IMG/VR virus record: IMGVR_UViG_3300032053_000012
Direction: 5' to 3' (one strand)
Source: an uncultured virus (IMG/VR IMGVR_UViG_3300032053_000012)
Taxonomy: Duplodnaviria; Heunggongvirae; Uroviricota; Caudoviricetes
DNA: 64,000 nucleotides
Within the stretch, counting starts at the first letter, position 1, and every line of letters begins with the position of its first letter. This document shows, piece after piece, positions 46,051 to 54,704 of this stretch. A model generated the notes under the pieces. That model was not told where the DNA came from and searched no databases. It worked only from the letters and a program-made list of their open reading frames with translations. Position numbers and translations under genes: made by a program.

Positions 46051-48018
46051 ATGCCCACGTCGATCGCGATCCTGCCTGCACCCCCCATCGCAGTACCCGG
46101 CGTCGGGCCGGGGGGCGACCTGTTCATCTTCCGACCGTTGGAACCTGCTCCTACAGGCAACGTCTTCGCCTCGTGGATCGCGCTGGTCGCTGCGGCGTCA
46201 GTCGTGGTCGGGTCGAAGCGAGTCTACTTCGACGACTCGCTCGCCCCGTGCGTGATACCAGCGGGGATCTGGGACTTCGCGAGTCCTACTGACTTCTTTG
46301 GCGACGACGGTCAACCACTGGTCACGCCCACGCCTCTCGCGATCGACGACGGCGCGGTGCTGCGCAACGTCTTCGGCTTTCGCTCGCTTGCTATCACCTC
46401 TGCCACGACAACCGCTGTAATCTCCGCACCGCTCGGCGGCGCGGACTACTACTTCTCTGGAAGCTGCAGGGTCACGCAGGCGAATCCAGCCGGAAACTTC
46501 CTGCTCGCGGCGGTCGGGTTCGTCTTCTCCCCGGTCACGGTCACGCTGCTTGAGTATGCAGAGTTCGTGACGGGTGCCGCCGGCCCGGCAAGCGGCCAGG
46601 TCGTCATGGTCGGAGGCGTCGGATCGCAGGCGTCCGTCGTTGCGCTCGATCATAGCAACGTGCAGACGAACACGATCGGGTCCCTCGGCGGTTCTGCCGT
46701 CGGGTCGACCGTGGACTCCGCGTCCATCGCGACGGCGCAGGTCGGTATGGCCCCGATCCCGGTCGGCGTACTCACGGTCACGCTCCTGAGCGCGGCCGTG
46801 AGGGAGTTCTACGACGACGCGCTCGTCCCACCGCTCCTCGGCGTTGCGGACGTGCAAGCCGCGATCGACGCGCTCAAGGGCACGATCGTGACCGGCACTC
46901 CGTTCGAGTACGTCTTCCGCCCGGGAGGTGTCGCGAGCGGCAACGTCTTCACTTCATGGCTCGCGCTCGTCGCGGCAGCAGCGACGTTCCCCGGTCAGAA
47001 GCTCGTCTACTTCGACGACACGCTCGGCCCATGCATCATCCCGGCAGGCGTTCATAATTTCGGTACAGGCCCCGCGGCGTTCACGGGAAAGCCTGGCGCC
47101 GGAAGCCTCACGACGCCGCTACAGATCGTAGACGGGGCGTTCCTCCTCGGCGTGGTCGAGTTCTCATGGCTCCTGATCGATAGCCAGACGACCACGTTCT
47201 GCATCGACGCGCCGGCAGGCGTCACCACGATCTACATCGCCGACCACGTCACGATGATCACGCAGAGTGGCGTCGGAGGAGTGTTCATCCGTTCGACCGG
47301 CGCAGGCACGGGCGCGGTATTGTCCCTGCTGCAAGGGTCGAACCTCGTGAGCGGGATCGCCCTAAGCGCGCTCGCTGCCGCATCGATCACCGTCGCGGTC
47401 GTAGACGGATCGGCCGTCGCCGCGAACACGCTCTCGGCCGCGCTCGGCACCACCGCGCTTGGGATCATCGTAGACGCGACCGGCACGATCAGTACGGTGC
47501 AACCCGCCGTGCTGGTGCCGTTCTCGATCCTGCTCGTAGCCCAGGCGGCCAAGACGTTCTACGACGACGCGCTCGTCCTGCCTCCGCTCGGAGCGGTCGA
47601 GGTGCAGGGTGCGATCGACGCGCTCAAGGGCCGCTCGCTCGCCTCGCGGTCTTTCTCGGGCACCCTTCTCAGCGACGCGATCCTGCTGCCGGTGACGAGT
47701 TACTTCGGCGACGTTCCCAACGCGGAGTTCCAGTCGACCGTCGGATACCCGGCGGACGCGACCAGCCAGAACGTCACCCTGGTCGTCAACGTGACGGCGA
47801 ACAACGTGCTGACGACCACGCGGTTTGAAGTCTACAAGAACAACGTGCCGACCGGCGTCTTCCTCGACTACCTGACCACGGTGACGGGGATCACGTCGAT
47901 CACCGCGGCACTCGTCCTCACGGCCGGCGTGGACGCGGTAGACCTCGTCGCGACGAACACGACGGGCGGCGCGGGGAACCAGATCGCCGCCTCCGCTTCG
48001 ATCCGATACGACGCCTAG
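46051..48018 (+). CDS. large structural (spike/fibre) protein with an internal duplication
   Basis: Two copies of FRP...GNVF.SW.ALVAAA....K.VYFDD.L.PC.IPAG and of FYDDALV.P.LG...VQ.AIDALKG. Confidence 0.75.
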   Translation: MPTSIAILPAPPIAVPGVGPGGDLFIFRPLEPAPTGNVFASWIALVAAASVVVGSKRVYFDDSLAPCVIPAGIWDFASPTDFFGDDGQPLVTPTPLAIDDGAVLRNVFGFRSLAITSATTTAVISAPLGGADYYFSGSCRVTQANPAGNFLLAAVGFVFSPVTVTLLEYAEFVTGAAGPASGQVVMVGGVGSQASVVALDHSNVQTNTIGSLGGSAVGSTVDSASIATAQVGMAPIPVGVLTVTLLSAAVREFYDDALVPPLLGVADVQAAIDALKGTIVTGTPFEYVFRPGGVASGNVFTSWLALVAAAATFPGQKLVYFDDTLGPCIIPAGVHNFGTGPAAFTGKPGAGSLTTPLQIVDGAFLLGVVEFSWLLIDSQTTTFCIDAPAGVTTIYIADHVTMITQSGVGGVFIRSTGAGTGAVLSLLQGSNLVSGIALSALAAASITVAVVDGSAVAANTLSAALGTTALGIIVDATGTISTVQPAVLVPFSILLVAQAAKTFYDDALVLPPLGAVEVQGAIDALKGRSLASRSFSGTLLSDAILLPVTSYFGDVPNAEFQSTVGYPADATSQNVTLVVNVTANNVLTTTRFEVYKNNVPTGVFLDYLTTVTGITSITAALVLTAGVDAVDLVATNTTGGAGNQIAASASIRYDA

Positions 48019-48108
48019 CTAGGTGGGTCGCTCAGTCGCTCAGCGAGTGGGTGCGGTGGCTCGCGCCTGAAGGCGACGAAGCGGGCAGACGCGGACGGCC
48101 ACGTCCTC

Positions 48109-48546
48109 CTACTCTACAGACTGAGCGAGGGCGCGGAGCCAGTCGACGCCGACTACGAAGTCAGAGCCGACCGCGTCGGGCAGCGGCGTCTCGTACGCCA
48201 CGGCGGCGACGCGCGCGAGCTGCGCCTCGTCGTCGTCGAGCATGCGGAGCGCGCGCGCCGCGACCGCGAGCGGGATCGGGACGCCCGCGCGCACGAGTCG
48301 CCCGAGGCAGGCGAGGAGCAGGACCTCGCCGCCGTCCCCCGCGAAGGGCGCGAGCTCAGGGCGGATCGGGACCGCCTCGCAGGCGTCGGCGAACCGCGCG
48401 AGGATCGCGGGAGCCTCGACGCGCAGCCGCGCGACCTCGGCGGCGTCGAGCGGGCGAACGAAGGGCGCGACGGGCGTAGAGGAGACGGAGGGGACCGAGG
48501 AGACGAGTCGGAGGTGACCGGGACGGGCGGGCGGGTCGTGCTTCAT
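48109..48546 (-). CDS. hypothetical protein
   Basis: 145 aa; divergent from 48644. Confidence 0.6.
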   Translation of the reverse strand: MKHDPPARPGHLRLVSSVPSVSSTPVAPFVRPLDAAEVARLRVEAPAILARFADACEAVPIRPELAPFAGDGGEVLLLACLGRLVRAGVPIPLAVAARALRMLDDDEAQLARVAAVAYETPLPDAVGSDFVVGVDWLRALAQSVE

Positions 48547-48607
48547 GTCGAGGAGACGCGCCGGGCGGGCCGTATCTGACAGTATTTCTTACAGCCTACT
48601 ACGGTGC

Positions 48608-48637
48608 TTGACGGGCAGTGACGGCGGGTCGTAGGAT
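48608..48637 (+). promoter_or_regulatory. sigma70-like promoter, probably leaderless transcript
   Basis: TTGACG-N18-TAGGAT-N6-ATG(48644). Confidence 0.65.
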
Positions 48638-48643
48638 CCCTGC

Positions 48644-48922
48644 ATGGCGAAGAAGAACGCGGCGGCGGCAGCGACGGCGGCCTACCAGGACGAGGACGAG
48701 TGGGTGGTTTACCTGCGGCTGCCCGCGGACTACCAGGCGCGGGTCGACGCGCACGCGGCGCGGCTGCGCGCGGAGACGGGGCTGCGGGTGAACCAGGCGG
48801 ACGCGCTGCGGTCGATCGTTCGGCTCGGGGTCGGGGTCGCGGGCGACGACCGGCTCCGCCGCGAGGCCGAGGCGAGCCTGGCGGTGATGGCGGTGAGCAC
48901 GACGAAGAGGACGAGGCCGTGA
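48644..48922 (+). CDS. ribbon-helix-helix-like regulator
   Basis: VVYLRLPADYQARVDAHAARL...NQADALRSIVRLG. Confidence 0.65.
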   Translation: MAKKNAAAAATAAYQDEDEWVVYLRLPADYQARVDAHAARLRAETGLRVNQADALRSIVRLGVGVAGDDRLRREAEASLAVMAVSTTKRTRP

Positions 48923-48923
48923 G

Positions 48924-49265
48924 GTGGGGAAGCGCAGGAGGGCTGGGGCGGGCGACTACGTCCGGCGCGTCGACAAACTCGACCGCGTCTACTACGCGGA
49001 GCGCGCCACGGGGCGCCGGGCGCCGAAGCGGCAGTGGGAGCTCGAGCGCGACCAGGTCGCCTTCGAGCGCGCGCGGGCGCGCGCCGCCGCGCTGGCGCAG
49101 GCCGAGGAGGAGCGCGGGCGCAGGCCGTTCCCGCCCGGGGTCGAGGTGCCCGGCAAGCCCGAGGGCGCGCGGCCGGGCCGCGTGCCGGGGACCGAGGTGT
49201 TCGTGGACGAGGACGGGGTTGAGTGGGACCTGCTCGCCGTCACGGGCGAGGACGAGACGGGCTGA
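48924..49265 (+). CDS. hypothetical protein
   Basis: 113 aa ORF. Confidence 0.55.
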   Translation: MGKRRRAGAGDYVRRVDKLDRVYYAERATGRRAPKRQWELERDQVAFERARARAAALAQAEEERGRRPFPPGVEVPGKPEGARPGRVPGTEVFVDEDGVEWDLLAVTGEDETG

Positions 49266-49277
49266 GCGAGGCGGAAC

Positions 49278-49520
49278 ATGAAGCTGAAGAAACCAGTGAA
49301 GTCGAAGCCGACGGAGTCGAAGCGCACGAAGCGCACGAGGCGTGAGCCGGTGATGCTCGTACCCCCGAGGGAGTGGTCGACGAGCGGCACGTCGGTGGAC
49401 GCGCGCGTCTTCCGCGCGTTCGCGGACGTGCTGCGCGCGCTCGCGCCGCTCGACGACGCGGAGAAGACGCGCGTGCTCGCCGCGGCGGCCGCGCTGCTGG
49501 CGGACGAGGACTCGCCGTGA
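49278..49520 (+). CDS. hypothetical protein
   Basis: GAGG RBS; coupled to the MTase. Confidence 0.6.
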   Translation: MKLKKPVKSKPTESKRTKRTRREPVMLVPPREWSTSGTSVDARVFRAFADVLRALAPLDDAEKTRVLAAAAALLADEDSP

Positions 49521-51853
49521 GGATCGGGTCCCTCTTCTCGGGAGTCGGCGGCCTCGACCAGGGCCTCGAGCGCGCGGGCGTCGGGCGGTCCGTGTGGTTC
49601 GTCGAGGCCGACCCGTTCTGCCGCGCGGTGCTCGCCGCGCGCTTCCCGGGCGTGCCCTGCTACGAGGACGTGAGGGCCGTTGACTACTCGCGGGTCGAGC
49701 GGGTCGACGTCCTCTGCGGCGGGCCGCCATGCCAGCCGGCGTCCGTGTCGGGGAAGCGAAGAGGAGGATCCGATGACCGATGGCTCTGGCCCGAGTTCGC
49801 GCGCGCCGTTCGCGCGCTACGACCGCGACTCGTCCTCATGGAAAATGTGTCAGGTCTCTTTTCCGTGGACGACGGAGAGCGACCCCGCGGACCCGACGAG
49901 TTCCCGCGACCCTTCGGCGCCGTCCTCGCCGACGCCGACGGCTCGTCTGCTGCCGAAATGGCCGAAGCAGGGTATCGCGTGCGGTGGGCGTGCGTACGAG
50001 CTTCCGACGCGGGAGCACCCCATCGCAGGGAGCGCGTCTTCCTCGTCGGCGTCCGGGTCGACGACGTCGTCCGCCGAGCCGGTCGCGCAGCGCGGCGGCG
50101 AGGAGCAGACCTGGCCGACGCCGACCTCCTCGATGGACACGATGGGCGACGTGGTGCAGGCGATGTACGCGGGGAGCGACCCGCGGCGACCGGCGTACCA
50201 GGACGCGAACTGGCCGACGCCGACGACGCAGGACTCGGAGAACGACGGGCAGGAGTCGCAGCGGCGGCGGCGCAGCCCGCCGCTGAACGCGAGGGTGGCG
50301 ATGGCGGCCGAGGAGGAGAAGGCGACGGCGCTCTGGCCGACGCCGACGGTCGAGGACGCGGGGAGGTCGGGGAGCCAGGAGATGGCCGACCGGTGGGCGG
50401 CGGGCGAGCGGGTGCCGGACACCCACCAGCGACTCAGGACGGCGGTGCTCGCGCTCTGGCCGACACCGAAGGCGCAGGACGCGGAGAACGCGATGCGCGG
50501 GGCGCGCGCGCAGGGCGGCCCCTCGCTCGGGGAGCAGGTACGGGAGCAGACAGAGCAGGACGCGCTCTGGCCGACGCCGACGGCGAGCGACCAGAACGGC
50601 GCGGGGCACGGCCTGCGCGGCGCGGGGAAGGGACCGGCGCTGACGACGGCGGTGGCGCTCTGGCCGACGCCGGTCGCGAGCGACTGCAAGCGGGGCGAGG
50701 TCGCGACGCCGGAGAAGCCTGGGCAGACGCGGAGCCTGGGCCACGCGGTGGTCGAGGAGCGAGTCGAGGAGCAGCGAGCGCCGACGACCGCGCTCTGGCC
50801 GACGCCGGTGACGACGGACGCGAAGGGGTCGCGCCGGTCGACGGCGCGGACCGACGAGTGGGAGAGCCACGAGGGGACGACGCTGCTCGACGCGGTGCTC
50901 GAGGCCGAGGGGAGGGCCGACGAGCCACGAGATGCGCGACCTGCGGCGCGCCTTCGCCGCGGCACCGCGGCGACTGCCCCTGGGCCGGGCGAGGCGTCGA
51001 GCGCGTCGGCGTCGGAGCCGACGCCTACCTCGCCTGCGGCTGCTGCGGCTTCGCCGACGGCGCCCACGACGCCGGCTGCGGGGCCGGTGGTGCCGACGCA
51101 GACGAGCATGTGGGGAACGACGACGACGGCGCAGCCGAGCACGAGCGAGAGGTGGCCGACGCCGACGGCGGCGACGTACGGTTCTTCGCAGAACGGGATC
51201 AACGGGGTCCACGGGGAGAACCGGCGGCCGAGCGCGGGGACGCCGAGCCTCGAGACGCGCGCGAAGATGGAGGGCGGCGCGCTCAACCCCGACTGGGTCG
51301 AGGCGCTCATGGGGTTTCCGGCGGGGTGGACGGACGTGCCGCTGCCGCACAAGCCGAGGAGGCCGAAGAAGCCGAGGGAGCCGGCCGAGCCCGAGCCGCC
51401 GCGCGGGAAACCGAGGGCGCCGAGGAAGCCGCGCAGGCCGCGGGACCCGACGCAGACCTCGACGACCTCGACCTCGACCTCGACCTCGACGACGAGGTCG
51501 ACGAGGGGGCCGACCTCCACGTGATGGGGAAGGCGGGCGTGGTCTGCGGCGTCGAGCTCGACGAGGAGGACGACCCGGTGGTCCTGACCGTCCCCTTCCT
51601 GGCCGTACCCGACGAGCCGACGCGCGCGCGCGCGATCTCCGCGTGGTGCGGCTGGCCGGCGCCGCCGGGGCAGCCGCAGCGTCCAGGCGAGCCGCCGAGG
51701 ACGACGGCGCGGTTCCCGACGAACGCGCGGCAGCGGAACCGCAGAGAACGACTGCGCGTGCTCGGCAACGCGGTGGTGCCCGCGGTCGGCGAGGTCGTCG
51801 GCCGCTGGGCGATGCGCCTGCTGCGCGAGGATCTGCCGGGAGGCGGCACGTGA
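49517..51853 (+). CDS. dcm: DNA (cytosine-5)-methyltransferase, alpha chain (motifs I-VIII and X)
   Basis: MRIGSLFSGVGG (I), GGPPCQ (IV), MENV (VI), GAPHRRERVF (VIII), RLRVLGNAVVP (X); long low-complexity middle; no motif IX in this frame. Confidence 0.9.
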   Translation: MRIGSLFSGVGGLDQGLERAGVGRSVWFVEADPFCRAVLAARFPGVPCYEDVRAVDYSRVERVDVLCGGPPCQPASVSGKRRGGSDDRWLWPEFARAVRALRPRLVLMENVSGLFSVDDGERPRGPDEFPRPFGAVLADADGSSAAEMAEAGYRVRWACVRASDAGAPHRRERVFLVGVRVDDVVRRAGRAARRRGADLADADLLDGHDGRRGAGDVRGERPAATGVPGRELADADDAGLGERRAGVAAAAAQPAAEREGGDGGRGGEGDGALADADGRGRGEVGEPGDGRPVGGGRAGAGHPPATQDGGARALADTEGAGRGERDARGARAGRPLARGAGTGADRAGRALADADGERPERRGARPARRGEGTGADDGGGALADAGRERLQAGRGRDAGEAWADAEPGPRGGRGASRGAASADDRALADAGDDGREGVAPVDGADRRVGEPRGDDAARRGARGRGEGRRATRCATCGAPSPRHRGDCPWAGRGVERVGVGADAYLACGCCGFADGAHDAGCGAGGADADEHVGNDDDGAAEHEREVADADGGDVRFFAERDQRGPRGEPAAERGDAEPRDAREDGGRRAQPRLGRGAHGVSGGVDGRAAAAQAEEAEEAEGAGRARAAARETEGAEEAAQAAGPDADLDDLDLDLDLDDEVDEGADLHVMGKAGVVCGVELDEEDDPVVLTVPFLAVPDEPTRARAISAWCGWPAPPGQPQRPGEPPRTTARFPTNARQRNRRERLRVLGNAVVPAVGEVVGRWAMRLLREDLPGGGT
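49773..51524 (+). CDS. Overprinted MTase beta chain with 8 WPTP cassettes and a motif IX-like segment
   Basis: GAGGAGG RBS (49761) and ATG 49773 in the +1 frame, entirely inside dcm; LNPDWVEALMGFPAGWTD at ~51282. Confidence 0.8.
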   Translation: MTDGSGPSSRAPFARYDRDSSSWKMCQVSFPWTTESDPADPTSSRDPSAPSSPTPTARLLPKWPKQGIACGGRAYELPTREHPIAGSASSSSASGSTTSSAEPVAQRGGEEQTWPTPTSSMDTMGDVVQAMYAGSDPRRPAYQDANWPTPTTQDSENDGQESQRRRRSPPLNARVAMAAEEEKATALWPTPTVEDAGRSGSQEMADRWAAGERVPDTHQRLRTAVLALWPTPKAQDAENAMRGARAQGGPSLGEQVREQTEQDALWPTPTASDQNGAGHGLRGAGKGPALTTAVALWPTPVASDCKRGEVATPEKPGQTRSLGHAVVEERVEEQRAPTTALWPTPVTTDAKGSRRSTARTDEWESHEGTTLLDAVLEAEGRADEPRDARPAARLRRGTAATAPGPGEASSASASEPTPTSPAAAAASPTAPTTPAAGPVVPTQTSMWGTTTTAQPSTSERWPTPTAATYGSSQNGINGVHGENRRPSAGTPSLETRAKMEGGALNPDWVEALMGFPAGWTDVPLPHKPRRPKKPREPAEPEPPRGKPRAPRKPRRPRDPTQTSTTSTSTSTSTTRSTRGPTST

Positions 51854-52335
51854 GCGCGACGAACGACCGCGACCGAGACGACCGCGACGCTCGCGAGGGC
51901 GGCGGCACGGGGTCCGTCGCGCTCGACCGGCTCCTCGTCGAGGCGACCGACGCGGTGCTGACGGCCGAGCGCGCGGACCGCGCGGCTTCCATCGGTCAGC
52001 CTGTAGTCGTGCTTCTGCTTCGGACCGAGCGCGACGCCGTGGGCGTGCCGGGGATCCGCCACCCGACGCTGCACCGCGGGCGCGCGCTCGCCGGGTGCGT
52101 GGTCGACGCGTGGCTGCGGGTCGCGGCGGCGGAGGCGGCGATCCTCGCGTTCCTCTCGTCGCCGTCGTCAGAGGCGCGCGCGGTGACCGACCCGGCGAAC
52201 CTCGTCGAGGTGCTGCGCCTGGTCTCGTCGCGCGGCGTCGACCACGCGGTTCGCAGGGTCCGGGACGCGGTCGACGCTGAGCGGGCGGCGACCGACGCGG
52301 AGCGGGCGTGGGAGGCGTCGCCCCATGCCTGCTAG
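51850..52335 (+). CDS. hypothetical protein
   Basis: GTGA coupling. Confidence 0.55.
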   Translation: MSATNDRDRDDRDAREGGGTGSVALDRLLVEATDAVLTAERADRAASIGQPVVVLLLRTERDAVGVPGIRHPTLHRGRALAGCVVDAWLRVAAAEAAILAFLSSPSSEARAVTDPANLVEVLRLVSSRGVDHAVRRVRDAVDAERAATDAERAWEASPHAC

Positions 52336-52684
52336 CAAGCTCCGCGTGATCTGGAGCCACAAGATCATCCTCGGCGGCCCGGCGCACCTCGAGCAGTCGG
52401 CGCGCGCGCGGCTCGCGCGGGTGCTCTACGAGGGCGTCGCGGAGGGCTACGAGGGGGAAGGGTGGGACGGGCTGTCGGAGTGCTACTACCTCGACGACTC
52501 GGGGCGCGCGGCGCACTACGCCGACGAGATCGCGGCGGAGGTGCCCTACCAGGTGCGGGGGCGACGGATCGTGGTGCGCGTGGTCGAGCTCGACGTGACG
52601 TACAAGAACCCGCCGGGGCCGATGAAGTGGTGGGCGCGGATCCGCGACGGCGTGCAGACGGTCGAGGCGGGGGACGAGGTCTGA
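52325..52684 (+). CDS. hypothetical protein
   Basis: GGAGG RBS; 119 aa. Confidence 0.65.
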   Translation: MPASKLRVIWSHKIILGGPAHLEQSARARLARVLYEGVAEGYEGEGWDGLSECYYLDDSGRAAHYADEIAAEVPYQVRGRRIVVRVVELDVTYKNPPGPMKWWARIRDGVQTVEAGDEV

Positions 52685-52706
52685 CGTGAAAGGGAAGAGG
52701 AAGCGC

Positions 52707-52979
52707 ATGACGAGCAAGGCGAGCGACGAGCAACGACCACCGACTTCCTGCCGGATCTGCAGCGAGGTGTGCAGTTCCGAGCCGCACTACACGGGCCTGT
52801 GCAAGCGGTGCGGCAGCAAGCGGGAGGAGTACGCGAAGGTGCTGCTGTCGGCCGTCGCGCTGGGCGAACTGCGGGCGGCCAGTGGACCGGCGACGTGGAC
52901 CGAGCGCGTGCGGCAGAGGCTCGACGACGTGTTCGCGCTCGCCGACGAGGCCGTGCGCCGCGACGAGAGGGCGGACTGA
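52707..52979 (+). CDS. small zinc-finger protein
   Basis: CRIC...CKRC. Confidence 0.55.
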   Translation: MTSKASDEQRPPTSCRICSEVCSSEPHYTGLCKRCGSKREEYAKVLLSAVALGELRAASGPATWTERVRQRLDDVFALADEAVRRDERAD

Positions 52980-52980
52980 G

Positions 52981-54192
52981 ATGACGACCGACGCCTACGA
53001 TGCCGCGATCGACGCACTGCTAACGACGAAGAATGGCGTCCTCGATCTCGTGCGCGATTTCGTGCGCATGAACCCGTCCCTCGTCCCAGACGTCGCCCAC
53101 GACGACGCCACGCACGCGCTCGACGTTCTTCTGAGGATGGCGCGCGACGCCGGCTTCAAGGCAGCGACGGAACAGACCAAGGGGAAGGGCATCCTCGAAC
53201 TGCTGCGCGAGGCGGGCGACGACGCGGTCCTCATAACGAGGCAGAAGATGAAGGAGGAGATCGACGCCGAGGTCGCGGCGGCCTACCAAGCCGCGGCGGC
53301 CGTCTGCTACTTGGAGTCCGGCGGCGACGCCGCCCTCGTAGACCTGGGCCTGCACGTACACCTCACGAGAGCCGCGCGGTCGCTGGGCGACCGGATCCTC
53401 GCGCTGACCCCGGCGTCTGCGCGGGCGGCGCTCCACGCGCGGCTCGAGGACGCGAGGGACCGCGCCGTCGGCGACGCGCGGGCGGCGTTCGACGCGGTGA
53501 GGGCGACCATCCGGGCGGAAGCCCGCGAGGAGGGTCGGGTCGAGGAGTCGCACACGCTCGACAAGCACCACGCGTACGTGGACAGGATCAAGGCGGAAGC
53601 GAGAGCGGAGGGGGCGGCCGAGGCCGAGCGTGGGATCCGTGCCGCGCTCGTCGACTGGTGCGACGACGACGAAGACGTCTTCGACGCGATCGATCACGTG
53701 AGCGAGGCGGCAGACGCGGGCGACGAGGCGGTCGCGAAGCTCGCCAGGACGACCGCGCCGTTCCGCGGGTCGACGACCGAGTTCCTGCGCCGCGAGCTCG
53801 GGGCGGAGGCGTTCGACGCGCTGTGGGGGCCGCACCTCGAGCGCGTGGGCGACGCGATCGACCTGCTGCGCGCGCGGGCGCACGCGGACGGGTTCGAGGA
53901 GGCGAGGCGTGCCGCGCGGAGGGAGTCGTGCGACCGCGCGCGGGGAGGGGCGCCGCCCATGCCGTCGCTGCCGGGGGTCGCCCCGCGGTGGGTCGTGCGC
54001 GGGCTGTTCCGGTGCGCTGAGTCGAGGGAGCAGGACGAGGGCGCGGCCGGCGGCTCCGGCCTGTGGGACGACGAGTCGCGCCGCGCGGTCGAGTGGATGC
54101 GCGCGAACGTCGCCGACCACGCGGGGAACATGCCCGCGTCCGACGCGCCAGGCACGCCAGCCGAGCCAGCCGAGAAGGAGCCGTCGCGATGA
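52981..54192 (+). CDS. hypothetical helical protein
   Basis: About 403 aa, Ala/Glu-rich. Confidence 0.65.
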   Translation: MTTDAYDAAIDALLTTKNGVLDLVRDFVRMNPSLVPDVAHDDATHALDVLLRMARDAGFKAATEQTKGKGILELLREAGDDAVLITRQKMKEEIDAEVAAAYQAAAAVCYLESGGDAALVDLGLHVHLTRAARSLGDRILALTPASARAALHARLEDARDRAVGDARAAFDAVRATIRAEAREEGRVEESHTLDKHHAYVDRIKAEARAEGAAEAERGIRAALVDWCDDDEDVFDAIDHVSEAADAGDEAVAKLARTTAPFRGSTTEFLRRELGAEAFDALWGPHLERVGDAIDLLRARAHADGFEEARRAARRESCDRARGGAPPMPSLPGVAPRWVVRGLFRCAESREQDEGAAGGSGLWDDESRRAVEWMRANVADHAGNMPASDAPGTPAEPAEKEPSR

Positions 54193-54704
54193 CGACCACG
54201 ACGACTGAGACCACGACCACGACCGCGACGAGGTCGACGAGCCCGTCGACGGAGCACCCGTCGTTCCCGCACGCGTTCAAGTCGCGCTACTACGTCGAGC
54301 GGGGCGACGGCTGGGACGCGACGGTGAAGGTCGACTACGACGGGCGGAATCCGCTCTCGATCCGGAAGATCATGTCAGCGAAAAAGATGATCGATCGACT
54401 GAGGCTTGTCGCCACGCGAGCTGAAGTCTCGCGAACGAAGAAAGGCCATCACCTACGCGTGTGGCTCCGTTCGCCTCATGGGCGACCTGTCCCGGCACGT
54501 ACGATCCTGCGTCTTCAAGCCGTCTTCGGCGATGATCCAATGCGACAGAAGTTCAACACAGCTCGCGTGCGTCGTGATGAGCCAGGTTGGAACGTGCTAT
54601 TTACATGCAAATACAGAAATGGCATCCTGCTCTACCGTGAAGAAGCAGACGCTGAGAAGACGATCGAGGTCTGTAAGACTCTCAACTTATGCAAGGTGGA
54701 CTAG
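54189..54704 (+). CDS. minimal archaeo-eukaryotic-primase-like protein (tentative)
   Basis: VKVDYD...SRTKKGHHLRV...LQAVFGDDPMR...WNVLF..K. Confidence 0.5.
   Translation: MTTTTTETTTTTATRSTSPSTEHPSFPHAFKSRYYVERGDGWDATVKVDYDGRNPLSIRKIMSAKKMIDRLRLVATRAEVSRTKKGHHLRVWLRSPHGRPVPARTILRLQAVFGDDPMRQKFNTARVRRDEPGWNVLFTCKYRNGILLYREEADAEKTIEVCKTLNLCKVD

Noticed and set aside
50112..51165. Repeat-spacer pattern (tggccgacgccg core) resembling a CRISPR array
   Set aside because: The core is only ~12-18 bp, spacers are 75-340 bp with in-frame periods, the region codes for WPTP cassettes, and there are no cas genes
49836..52717. Long minus-strand ORFs (718 and 955 aa) over the MTase
   Set aside because: Antisense shadows of GC-rich coding sequence; no motifs or RBS
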